DNA of 44,712 bases from Solirubrobacteraceae bacterium. GTDB taxonomy: Bacteria > Actinomycetota > Thermoleophilia > Solirubrobacterales > Solirubrobacteraceae. Shown piece by piece: positions 8,705 through 16,553 of this stretch. The DNA is taken from assembly GCA_036264565.1 (NCBI GenBank), contig DATAQR010000002.1:1-44712 (forward strand), read 5' to 3'. Position 1 is the stretch's first letter; the number at the start of each line of letters is the position of its first letter. Both the position numbers and the translations under genes were made by a program. The notes under the pieces were generated by a model. It had not been told where the DNA came from. It searched no databases and worked only from the letters and a program-made list of their open reading frames with translations.

Positions 8705-10207
8705 ATGCCCTGCGACCCTCGGCCGGAGGACCGCGACGGGCCGCGCGACGAGTGCGGCGTGTTCGGCATATACGCGCCCGGGCACGAGGTATCGCGTCTG
8801 TCCTATTTCGCCCTGTACGCGCTCCAGCACCGCGGGCAGGAGTCGGCCGGCATCGCCGCGGCCGACCGCGGCGGCAACATCATGACCCGGCGCGAGCTCG
8901 GTCTCGTCAACCAGGTCTTCGACGAGAACGACCTGCGCACGCTCGCCGGCGAGCTGGCGATCGGCCACGTGCGCTACTCGACAACCGGCTCCAACGCCTG
9001 GGAGAACTCCCAGCCGGTGCACCGCTCGCAGGGCACGAACGGCTCCAGCATGGAGCTGGCGCTCGCCCACAACGGCAACCTGATCAACGCGATCGAGCTG
9101 CACGAGGAGCTCTCCGAGCGCGGCGTCTCCTTCAGCTCCACCTCGGACTCGGAGATCGTCGCCGCCCTGATCGCCACGCATCCGGCCGAGCGGATCGAGG
9201 ACGCGATCGCCGACGTGCTGCCGCGCCTAAACGGAGCCTTCTCGATCGTCGTGATGACGCGCGACCGCGTCGTGGCCTTCCGCGATCCGCACGGCCTGCG
9301 CCCGCTGGCGATCGGCCGACTCCCCAGTGCGGGGACGGGTGACGCGTACGAGGACCCCCCATCGCGGGAGGCAGGCGAGCCCGAGCGCTTCTGTGTCGCC
9401 TCGGAGTCGTGTGCGTTCGACATCATCGGCGCGACGCTCGTGCGCGACGTGCAGCCGGGTGAGATCGTCACGCTCGGCGAGAGCGGGATCGAGAGCCGGG
9501 TCGTGCTGCCCGACGAGCGCAAGGCGTTCTGCGTGTTCGAGTACATCTACTTCGCGCGCCCGGACTCGCGCATGAACGGCAACGTCCTGCAGGTCGCGCG
9601 CGGGAGGATGGGGGAGATTTTGGCGCGCGAGGCCCCGGTCGACGCCGATCTCGTGATTCCCGTGCCCGACTCCGGCAACCCGGCCGCGCGCGGCTTCGCG
9701 CGCGCCAGCGGTCTGCCCCAAGACGACGGTTTCGTCAAGAACCGTTATGTCGCCCGTACCTTCATCGCACCCGGGCAGGAGCTGCGCAAGCACGGCCTAC
9801 GCTTGAAGTTCAACCCGCTGCCCGAGGTCGTCGGCGGCAAGCGGCTGGTGGTTGTGGACGACTCGATCGTGCGCGGCAACACCACCCGCCAGATCGTGCA
9901 GATGCTGCGCGACGCGGGCGCCAAGGAGGTGCACATGCGCATCTCCGCCCCGCCGATCAAGCACCCGTGTCACTACGGGATCGACATGTCCACGCGCGAG
10001 GAGATGATCGCCCACGAGCGCACGGTGGATGAGATCGCCGCTGAGCTGGGTTGCGATTCGCTGGCCTACATCTCCTTGGAGGGCGTGTACGAGGCCGTCG
10101 GTGGCGAGCGCGCTACGCATTGCGATGCCTGCTTTACCGGTGAATATCCGGTCAAGGGCAGCGACGGAGCACAGGGTAAGTACGCACTCGAGCCGGCGGG
10201 CGCTTGA
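8705..10207 (+). CDS. purF: Amidophosphoribosyltransferase
   Basis: Propeptide plus CGVFG, LQHRGQESAG, GHVRYST, VDDSIVRGNT, Fe-S cysteines (PCHYG, CDAC). Confidence 0.97.
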   Translation: MPCDPRPEDRDGPRDECGVFGIYAPGHEVSRLSYFALYALQHRGQESAGIAAADRGGNIMTRRELGLVNQVFDENDLRTLAGELAIGHVRYSTTGSNAWENSQPVHRSQGTNGSSMELALAHNGNLINAIELHEELSERGVSFSSTSDSEIVAALIATHPAERIEDAIADVLPRLNGAFSIVVMTRDRVVAFRDPHGLRPLAIGRLPSAGTGDAYEDPPSREAGEPERFCVASESCAFDIIGATLVRDVQPGEIVTLGESGIESRVVLPDERKAFCVFEYIYFARPDSRMNGNVLQVARGRMGEILAREAPVDADLVIPVPDSGNPAARGFARASGLPQDDGFVKNRYVARTFIAPGQELRKHGLRLKFNPLPEVVGGKRLVVVDDSIVRGNTTRQIVQMLRDAGAKEVHMRISAPPIKHPCHYGIDMSTREEMIAHERTVDEIAAELGCDSLAYISLEGVYEAVGGERATHCDACFTGEYPVKGSDGAQGKYALEPAGA

Positions 10208-10238
10208 CCGCGAAGGCGTCCTCTATCGTTCTGGCGCG

Positions 10239-10829
10239 GTGAACCAAGCCCGGCTTCCAATCGCTGTTCTCGTCTCGGGAACCGGCACCAATCTGCAAGC
10301 GCTGATCGACCAAGTTCACGGGCGTGAGGCAACGATTGTCGCGGTCGCCTCCAATGTGCCCGACGCTCCGGCTCTGAAGCGTGCGGAAAAGCACGGCATA
10401 CCTTGGGCGGTTTTTGCTCGTAAGCAATACATTGACCGTCAAGAACGCGACGAGGCAATGGCTGAATGGCTGGGCGAACACAGGGCAGGGCTGATAGTGC
10501 TCGCCGGGTTCATGGAGTTGTTGAGCGAGCAATTCTTGAAGCGTTTCCCGAACTCGGTCGTCAATGTGCATCCATCGTTGCTTCCGGCATACCCCGGGCC
10601 ACATCCGATCGATGACGCCTTGGCGGACGGTGCGGAGGAGTTCGGGGTCACGGTCCACTATGTGGATGCCGGCATCGATACGGGTCCGATCATTCGACAG
10701 GAGTCCGTGCGACTTTCTGGAGCAAAAGATCCCGATCAGGTTCTTCGTCGGCTGAGGCCGATCGAGCACATGCTTCTGCCGTTGGTTGTTAAGGAGATAG
10801 CGGAAGGCAGGCAGTCGGTTGCCGCTTGA
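10239..10829 (+). CDS. purN: Phosphoribosylglycinamide formyltransferase
   Basis: VLVSGTGTNLQALI, LAGFM, NVHPSLLPAYPG, GVTVHYVDAGIDTGPII; start inferred at GTG 10239. Confidence 0.93.
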   Translation: MNQARLPIAVLVSGTGTNLQALIDQVHGREATIVAVASNVPDAPALKRAEKHGIPWAVFARKQYIDRQERDEAMAEWLGEHRAGLIVLAGFMELLSEQFLKRFPNSVVNVHPSLLPAYPGPHPIDDALADGAEEFGVTVHYVDAGIDTGPIIRQESVRLSGAKDPDQVLRRLRPIEHMLLPLVVKEIAEGRQSVAA

Positions 10830-12456
10830 ACTTACGGAGCCGGGCGCTGGCTATGTTCGCCGGGCGCTGATCTCGGTATCAGACAAGACCGGCGTGGTCG
10901 AGCTTGCGGTGGGCTTGGCCGAGCTGGGCGTCGAGATTGTCTCTACCGGCGGCACCGCGCGCGCGCTGGCCGAAGCCGGTTTGCAGGTGCGTGCGATCGA
11001 GGACTTCACCGGCTTTCCGGAGATGATGGACGGCCGCGTCAAGACGCTGCACCCGCGCCTGTACGCGGGTCTGCTGGCGGTGCGCAGCGACGAGTCGCAC
11101 CTGCGCGCGGCGGCAGAGCACTCGATCGAGCCGGTCGACCTGGTCTGCGTGAACCTCTACCCGTTCGAGCAGACCGTTGCGCGCGGGGATGCGTCAGACG
11201 CCGAAATCGTGGAGAACATCGACATCGGCGGCCCGAGCATGATCCGCGCGGCCGCCAAGAACCATGCCTACGCCGCTGTGCTGACCGACCCGGCCGACTA
11301 CGCGCCGGTGCTGAGTGAGCTGCGCGAGTCCGGCGGGCGCCTGAGCATGGCCACGCGCGAGCGGCTGGCCGCCGTCGCGTTCGCCTGCACCGCGCGCTAC
11401 GACGCGGCGATATCGACATGGTTCGCGGTGGGCGTCTACAAGGGCGAGTTCCCACCCCAGTGGGTGAGCGTCTACGAGAAGACGATGGATCTTCGCTACG
11501 GCGAGAACCCGCACCAGCGTGCCGCCTACTACGCCGAAGTTGGCGCCTCCACCCACCTGTTGGAGGGGGTGCGTCAACTGCACGGCAAGGAGCTGTCGTT
11601 CAACAACCTGCTCGACCTATCCTCTGCGCGCGAGCTGGTCGAGGACTTCTCAGAGCCGGCCTGCGCGATCGTCAAGCACAACAACCCGTGCGGCTGCGCG
11701 CTAGGCCGCGACATCGCCTCGGCGTACGAGCGCGCCTTCGCCTGCGATCCGCAGAGCGCCTACGGCGGCGTGATCGCGCTCAACCGGCCTGTCGACCTGG
11801 CCTGCGCGCAGGCGATCTCCGCGCAGTTCGTCGAGGTCCTGCTTGCTCCCGGCTTCGAACCCGAGGCGCTCGAGAAGCTGGCGCAGAAGAAGAACGTACG
11901 GCTGTTGGAGCTGGGAGACTGGCCGCAGCGGCCCGAAGGCATGGAGGAGAAGCCCGTGCTCGGAGGCGTGCTCTCGCAGACGCGCGACACGGTCTCAGAG
12001 ACGCCCGAGCAGATGACGGTGATGACGGAGCGCCAGCCAAGCGAGCAGGAGTGGGAGGACATGCGCTTTGCCTGGCAGGTGTGCAGGCACGTGCGCTCCA
12101 ACGCGATAGTGATCGCGCGCGATGGCGCCACGATCGGCATCGGCGCCGGTCAGATGAGCCGTGTCGACGCGGTGCGGATCGCGATCGAGAAGGCGCAGGC
12201 GGGACACGCGCACGCGGGGGGGGATGGCGGCTCGGGTTCGACGGCCGGCGGTAATGCCGCCGATCCGCTCGCGGGCGCCTCGCTTGCCTCCGACGCCTTC
12301 TTCCCGTTCGCCGACGGCCCGCAGCTCGCGATCGACGCTGGCGTCACCGCGATCATCCAGCCCGGTGGCTCTGTACGCGACGAGGAGGTGGTGGCTGCTG
12401 TGGACGCCGCGGGCGTCGCGATGGTAGCGACGGGCATCCGCCACTTCCGCCACTGA
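10819..12456 (+). CDS. purH: Bifunctional AICAR transformylase/IMP cyclohydrolase
   Basis: [52 protein letters not shown]. Confidence 0.97.
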   Translation: MPLELTEPGAGYVRRALISVSDKTGVVELAVGLAELGVEIVSTGGTARALAEAGLQVRAIEDFTGFPEMMDGRVKTLHPRLYAGLLAVRSDESHLRAAAEHSIEPVDLVCVNLYPFEQTVARGDASDAEIVENIDIGGPSMIRAAAKNHAYAAVLTDPADYAPVLSELRESGGRLSMATRERLAAVAFACTARYDAAISTWFAVGVYKGEFPPQWVSVYEKTMDLRYGENPHQRAAYYAEVGASTHLLEGVRQLHGKELSFNNLLDLSSARELVEDFSEPACAIVKHNNPCGCALGRDIASAYERAFACDPQSAYGGVIALNRPVDLACAQAISAQFVEVLLAPGFEPEALEKLAQKKNVRLLELGDWPQRPEGMEEKPVLGGVLSQTRDTVSETPEQMTVMTERQPSEQEWEDMRFAWQVCRHVRSNAIVIARDGATIGIGAGQMSRVDAVRIAIEKAQAGHAHAGGDGGSGSTAGGNAADPLAGASLASDAFFPFADGPQLAIDAGVTAIIQPGGSVRDEEVVAAVDAAGVAMVATGIRHFRH

Positions 12457-12473
12457 CGGCCGAATGGCGGCGC
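12453..12473 (+). repeat. 21-bp direct repeat, copy 1 (ctgacggccgaatggcggcgc)
   Basis: Identical to 33721-33741; overlaps the purH stop codon. Confidence 0.85.
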
Positions 12474-12508
12474 GGGCACCGATGCGAAGCCGTTGGCCGG
12501 CGTCCACG

Positions 12509-12600
12509 GCATTCTCCCCCCTGAATTCGACGCAATCTCCCCGCTGGATAGACAGCAATCTCCCCGCTATACTAGTTGCATTCTCCCCCCTCAATATCAA
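12509..12600 (+). repeat. Four tandem repeats with a 23-bp period, core GCA(T/A)TCTCCCC(C/G)CT; probable operator array
   Basis: Cores start at 12509, 12532, 12555 and 12578, with variable 9-bp spacers. Confidence 0.85.
12545..12573 (+). promoter_or_regulatory. Putative sigma70-type promoter TGGATA-N17-TATACT embedded in the repeat array
   Basis: TATACT at 12568-12573 with 17-bp spacing to TGGATA. Confidence 0.5.
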
Positions 12601-13839
12601 CCGAGGATCGTCGACGGCGAGCTGGCTGACCGCCTGAGCGCCGTTGGCGCCGTCGTGATCGAGGGTCCCAAGGCGTGCGGTAAGACCGCCACCGCGCGGC
12701 AGATCGCGGCCAGCGAGGTGCTACTCGACGTCGATGCCAACGCGCGGCGCGCGATCGCCGTAGATCCCTCGCTGGTGCTGGACGGCCCGGCCCCGCGACT
12801 GCTCGACGAGTGGCAGATCGAGCCGGCGATCTGGAATCACGTCCGTCGCGCGATCGACGACCGCTCCAAGCCCGGCCAGTTCATCCTGACCGGCTCCGCG
12901 GTCCCCGCGGACGACATCGCGCGCCACACCGGCGCCGGGCGCATCGCGCGCCTGCGGATGCGCCCGATGAGCCTGTTCGAGGCCGGCGCGAGCAGCGGCG
13001 CGTTTTCGCTGGCCGACCTGCTGAACGGCAACATCGGCCAGAGTCCAGATCCGGGCCTGACGGTCGCCGACGTCGCCGAGCAGATCGCCGTCGGCGGATG
13101 GCCGGGCCTGCGCGGGCTCGGTGTTCGCGGCCGTCTGCTGGCCGTACGCGACTACCTGGCGGAGATCGCCCGCATCGACGTCGCTCGGCTGGACGCGACA
13201 CAGCGCGACCCCGATCGCGTGGCTCGGTTGCTCGTCAGCATCGCGCGTAACGTGGCCACCCACGCGGCCGCCGCGACGCTGGCCAGGGATGCCGGCGGAG
13301 TCGACAGTCCGATTAAGGATGACACTGTGCGCGGCTACCTCGGCGCGCTGGAGCGGCTGATGGTCGTCGAGGATCAGCCCGCGTGGGCGCCGCACCTACG
13401 CTCCAGGCATCGATTGCGCACCGCACCCAAGCGCCACTTCGTCGATCCCTCCCTGGCGGTGGCAGCCCTGCGCGCGACACCCGAGCGGCTGATCGGCGAC
13501 CTGAAGCTGCTCGGGTTCCTGTTCGAGTCGCTGGTCGTGCGCGACCTTCGCATCTATGCGCAGTCCTCGGATGCACGCGTGTCGCACTATCGCGACGGCG
13601 GCGGTCTGGAGGTTGATGCGATCGTCGAGGCCGCGGATGGTCGCTGGATGGCGTTCGAGGTCAAGCTCGGGCAGGGGCAGGTGGACGAGGCCGCCGACAG
13701 CCTCAGACGCTTTGCCGAGCGGGTGGACACCACGAGGTGCGGAGCCCCGGCGCTGTTGGGCGTGATCGTCGCTACCGGCTACGGTTATCGCCGCCAGGAC
13801 GGAGTTGCCGTCATACCGCTGGGCGCGCTCGGGCCGTAG
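12580..13839 (+). CDS. AAA_14-family ATPase with DUF4143 / C-terminal PD-(D/E)XK-like domain (start codon uncertain)
   Basis: YQPRIVD N-terminus, Walker A GPKACGKT, Walker B LLDEWQ, FILTGS, PKRHFVDPSL, GFLFESLV, EVDAIVE...AFEVK. Confidence 0.88.
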   Translation: MLPPQYQPRIVDGELADRLSAVGAVVIEGPKACGKTATARQIAASEVLLDVDANARRAIAVDPSLVLDGPAPRLLDEWQIEPAIWNHVRRAIDDRSKPGQFILTGSAVPADDIARHTGAGRIARLRMRPMSLFEAGASSGAFSLADLLNGNIGQSPDPGLTVADVAEQIAVGGWPGLRGLGVRGRLLAVRDYLAEIARIDVARLDATQRDPDRVARLLVSIARNVATHAAAATLARDAGGVDSPIKDDTVRGYLGALERLMVVEDQPAWAPHLRSRHRLRTAPKRHFVDPSLAVAALRATPERLIGDLKLLGFLFESLVVRDLRIYAQSSDARVSHYRDGGGLEVDAIVEAADGRWMAFEVKLGQGQVDEAADSLRRFAERVDTTRCGAPALLGVIVATGYGYRRQDGVAVIPLGALGP

Positions 13840-13952
13840 TGCTTCGGCTCGCAGTCAGTGGCGTTTGCGCCGTCGCTTCGGGTCCGGGCACGACACGGCG
13901 GTCTTGGCGCTGGGCAACGTCGGCACCAGCGGGGCATGCGCCACTTCAGGCA

Positions 13953-14783
13953 TTAGCGTCGCCGATCGCGGACGTCAACGGCGCCGCCCGCGGCCGGGCA
14001 GGGGATGGCCGTATGGGCGAGCGCGTGGCTGCCGTCGAGGAAGCCGAAGCGCGCCGAGAACTGAAACCCGCCCGCTGGACAGGCGTTCGGCAACAGAATG
14101 CCCTTGGGGCGGTAGCCGAGCGTTGCGTTGCCAAGGCGTTCGTAGTAGGTAACCCCCTTGGGCCCGATCGTCGAGCGCAGGTGGATGACGGAGATGTACG
14201 GGGCACCCGGCAGGGTCGGTACGAGCGGCACGCCGATGTTGACGGTGCCGCCGAACGGAGAGGACGCGGGGAGCAGCAGTCCCGGGAAGACGACCCTCGT
14301 ATCCACCGGGGCGGTGCCTTCGGCGTAGAACAGCAGCGCGAGCCTGCCGCCTTTGTCGGGCGCTCGCAGGATCGTGATCGGCGCGCTCTCGCTGACGATT
14401 GTCGTGCCGAGCAGGATCTCGGTGAGCGCCTCGCCATAACCCATCACCGCGTTGGGCGAACAGCCGCCGGTGCCCGACGATTCGAGCTGCTGCGCCGTGC
14501 AGGTGGCGAGTCCCAGCCCGCTCAGCGCGATCCCGAGATTGTTAGGGTAGCGCAGCTCGATCTCGGTCAGGGGAGGCGGCACCTGGGCGGCGGGATCGGA
14601 CAACGAGAAGGAGAAGTCGAGCGTGGTCCGGCGGCCCAGTGACTCGGGTATGAACGTCGCGCCGAGCTTGGCCGAGGTCCCGGCTGTCGCCGTCGCCGTC
14701 GCCATCGCCGATGACGGCAGGCAGGCGCACAGCAGGACCGCCTGTACGGTGGCGGCCAGCCACACCTTGCTCGTTCGTGTCAT
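13953..14783 (-). CDS. Secreted Cys-containing beta-rich hypothetical protein (single copy of the domain repeated in 27121-31671)
   Basis: Signal-peptide-like N-terminus (..LPSSAMA); LATC...GGCSPNAVMGYG...LPNAC pattern; RBS GGAG; last gene of the operon. Confidence 0.75.
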   Translation of the reverse strand: MTRTSKVWLAATVQAVLLCACLPSSAMATATATAGTSAKLGATFIPESLGRRTTLDFSFSLSDPAAQVPPPLTEIELRYPNNLGIALSGLGLATCTAQQLESSGTGGCSPNAVMGYGEALTEILLGTTIVSESAPITILRAPDKGGRLALLFYAEGTAPVDTRVVFPGLLLPASSPFGGTVNIGVPLVPTLPGAPYISVIHLRSTIGPKGVTYYERLGNATLGYRPKGILLPNACPAGGFQFSARFGFLDGSHALAHTAIPCPAAGGAVDVRDRRR

Positions 14784-14792
14784 GTCTCCCGC

Positions 14793-15281
14793 TCAGTAGT
14801 AGAGCGTGCCAACGGTCTGCACGGTCAGCGCGTAGTTGTCCCGGTTAAACGTGCCGTACAGCTGTGCGCGCCCGCGCGCGTGGCGGTAGCGGCCGCTGCC
14901 GTCGGCCACGATGAGCGAGCCGGCGAAGCTTTCGTATACGCCGGAGCCGTGCGGCGTGGCCGTTCCGTGTCCGCTGATCGCCCCGCCGCTCGCATAGATC
15001 GTGAAGATCCCGCTCATCGTCGCGCCCACCCTGAAGTGAACGCGCATGTCGCCGGGCAGCGTTCCCGATGCGCGGCCCTGCTCCAGCAATAGCGATCCGG
15101 ACGCCGACACGTAGTGCAGATGGGCGGTATCGGTCGCTTTCAGCGCGTGCGCCGCGTGCGTCTTGGGCAAGGCCGTGAGCCTGTCTGCGCCCGCCGCGCC
15201 CGCGCCAAGAAACGCTCCGCATACCGTGAGCAGCGTAGCGGCGACTGCCGCTGGGACCCCCGGATATCGACGGTATGACAT
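14793..15281 (-). CDS. Secreted beta-rich hypothetical protein
   Basis: Signal peptide, Gly/Ser/Thr-rich beta strands, GSGRYRHARG motif; GGGAGG RBS. Confidence 0.72.
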   Translation of the reverse strand: MSYRRYPGVPAAVAATLLTVCGAFLGAGAAGADRLTALPKTHAAHALKATDTAHLHYVSASGSLLLEQGRASGTLPGDMRVHFRVGATMSGIFTIYASGGAISGHGTATPHGSGVYESFAGSLIVADGSGRYRHARGRAQLYGTFNRDNYALTVQTVGTLYY

Positions 15282-15377
15282 GACCCCTCCCCGATCCTCT
15301 ACATAGTTGTAACACCTGCACCCCCGCGCCGGAGCGCGTCGCAGATCAAATCCCGCCAGGCGCGGCCGCGCTAGCCG

Positions 15378-16553
15378 CTACCGTCCCTCCCAACCGGCGT
15401 GTGCCGTCGCCGCACGGACGGTCTTGGCCAGGCGCCAGCCGCGCATCAACAGCAGCACGGGTGCGATCGGCGCTCCCAGCTCCGCGCGCACCTGGTCGAA
15501 CACGGGCCTGGCGCGTGCCTGGCGGGCGGCGGGCGCGGAGGCGTAGTAGGCGACAACGCCGGCAAGCGTCATGACGTGATGGGCTCCGTCGGGTAGACGC
15601 CCAGCCTCGCGCGCCGCCTCGCGCGCGACCATCGATAGGCGTCCTCCCATCTGCTCGGGGCCGTCGTAGAGACTGGTGTATGCCGGCGCCTCGCCGGCCA
15701 GGTCGCGGTCGATCACGCTGTCGAGCATCGTCAGCGCGCCGATCGAGAGGTAGGCGGAGTCGAGCGCGACCGCCTGCTCGCCGGTCGTGTGCTCGTGTGC
15801 GGCCGCGGCGATCAGCGCGTGCAGAGAGAGCACCGATGCCTGCGCGCCGGCCAGCCACTCCCGCCAACCCAGCGCGGTCGGGGCGGCTTCGCGCCGCGCC
15901 CACTGCTCCACGTGCTCTGTGCCCGCGTGCGCGGAGGCGTGGCCGAGCATCTGAGCGTCGGCGCAACGCCGCGCGCTGCGCTGTGCGACCTCGGCGATCG
16001 CGTCGCTGGCCGGCAGCTTGGCGAGTGCGAGCGTCACCGTGTCCGCCAGCTCGCGAGGATAGCCTCCGTCGCCTGAGCGCGAAGCGATGCACAGGCGCCG
16101 GTCGCCATGAGTGGCCTCGGAGGCGATTATGGTGGGCTCCTCGCCCAAGGCGACCGCGTCGATCAGAGCCTGATACGGATGCTGACCGTCATCGATCCTG
16201 TCCATCTGCGCAGCCTGCTCGGGAGTCGTTGTCGCCATCGCCCGCTCGCCGATCGCGTCGAGGTAGTCGTAGAGCACCTGCAGTGCGACGATCGCTTCGA
16301 CGACGCGCGCGCGGCACGCGCGCGGGGTGAGCGTCGCGAGCGTCGCGGCCACCTCCGCGTTGAAGCGCTCCTCGCGCAGCTTGGCCGTCGCAAGCGCCAT
16401 CAGACGGCGGTCGGGAATCGCCTCCGCGCCCCTCTGCCAGCGCGACAGCTGCTTGTGGGCAAGCGGTGCGACCGTGGTCCAGTAGCGGGCGTTGGCGAGT
16501 ACGAACGCGAGGTTCGCGCTTGCCCTCCACGGTGGTGTGAGAGCTCTACTCAT
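15378..16553 (-). CDS. DUF2600 / tetraprenyl-beta-curcumene synthase (YtpB)-like class IB terpene synthase family protein
   Basis: IPDRRLMALATAKL, VALQVLYDYLDAIGE and LDSVIDRDLAGE..Y resemble my recollection of the two Asp-rich YtpB motifs; overlaps the permease stop. Confidence 0.75.
   Translation of the reverse strand: MSRALTPPWRASANLAFVLANARYWTTVAPLAHKQLSRWQRGAEAIPDRRLMALATAKLREERFNAEVAATLATLTPRACRARVVEAIVALQVLYDYLDAIGERAMATTTPEQAAQMDRIDDGQHPYQALIDAVALGEEPTIIASEATHGDRRLCIASRSGDGGYPRELADTVTLALAKLPASDAIAEVAQRSARRCADAQMLGHASAHAGTEHVEQWARREAAPTALGWREWLAGAQASVLSLHALIAAAAHEHTTGEQAVALDSAYLSIGALTMLDSVIDRDLAGEAPAYTSLYDGPEQMGGRLSMVAREAAREAGRLPDGAHHVMTLAGVVAYYASAPAARQARARPVFDQVRAELGAPIAPVLLLMRGWRLAKTVRAATAHAGWEGR

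Noticed and set aside
10029-10238. Extended N-termini of purN (also purS 5292, purL 6297, vapC 35561, PadR 21339)
   Set aside because: They overlap upstream genes or promoters; family-typical N-termini start downstream.
12509-12600. Mini-CRISPR interpretation of the repeat array
   Set aside because: 14-bp repeats with 9-bp spacers are far too short, and there are no cas genes.
13737-14642. 301-aa plus-strand ORF
   Set aside because: Arg/Ala-rich and antisense to the signal-peptide-bearing gene that fits the operon.
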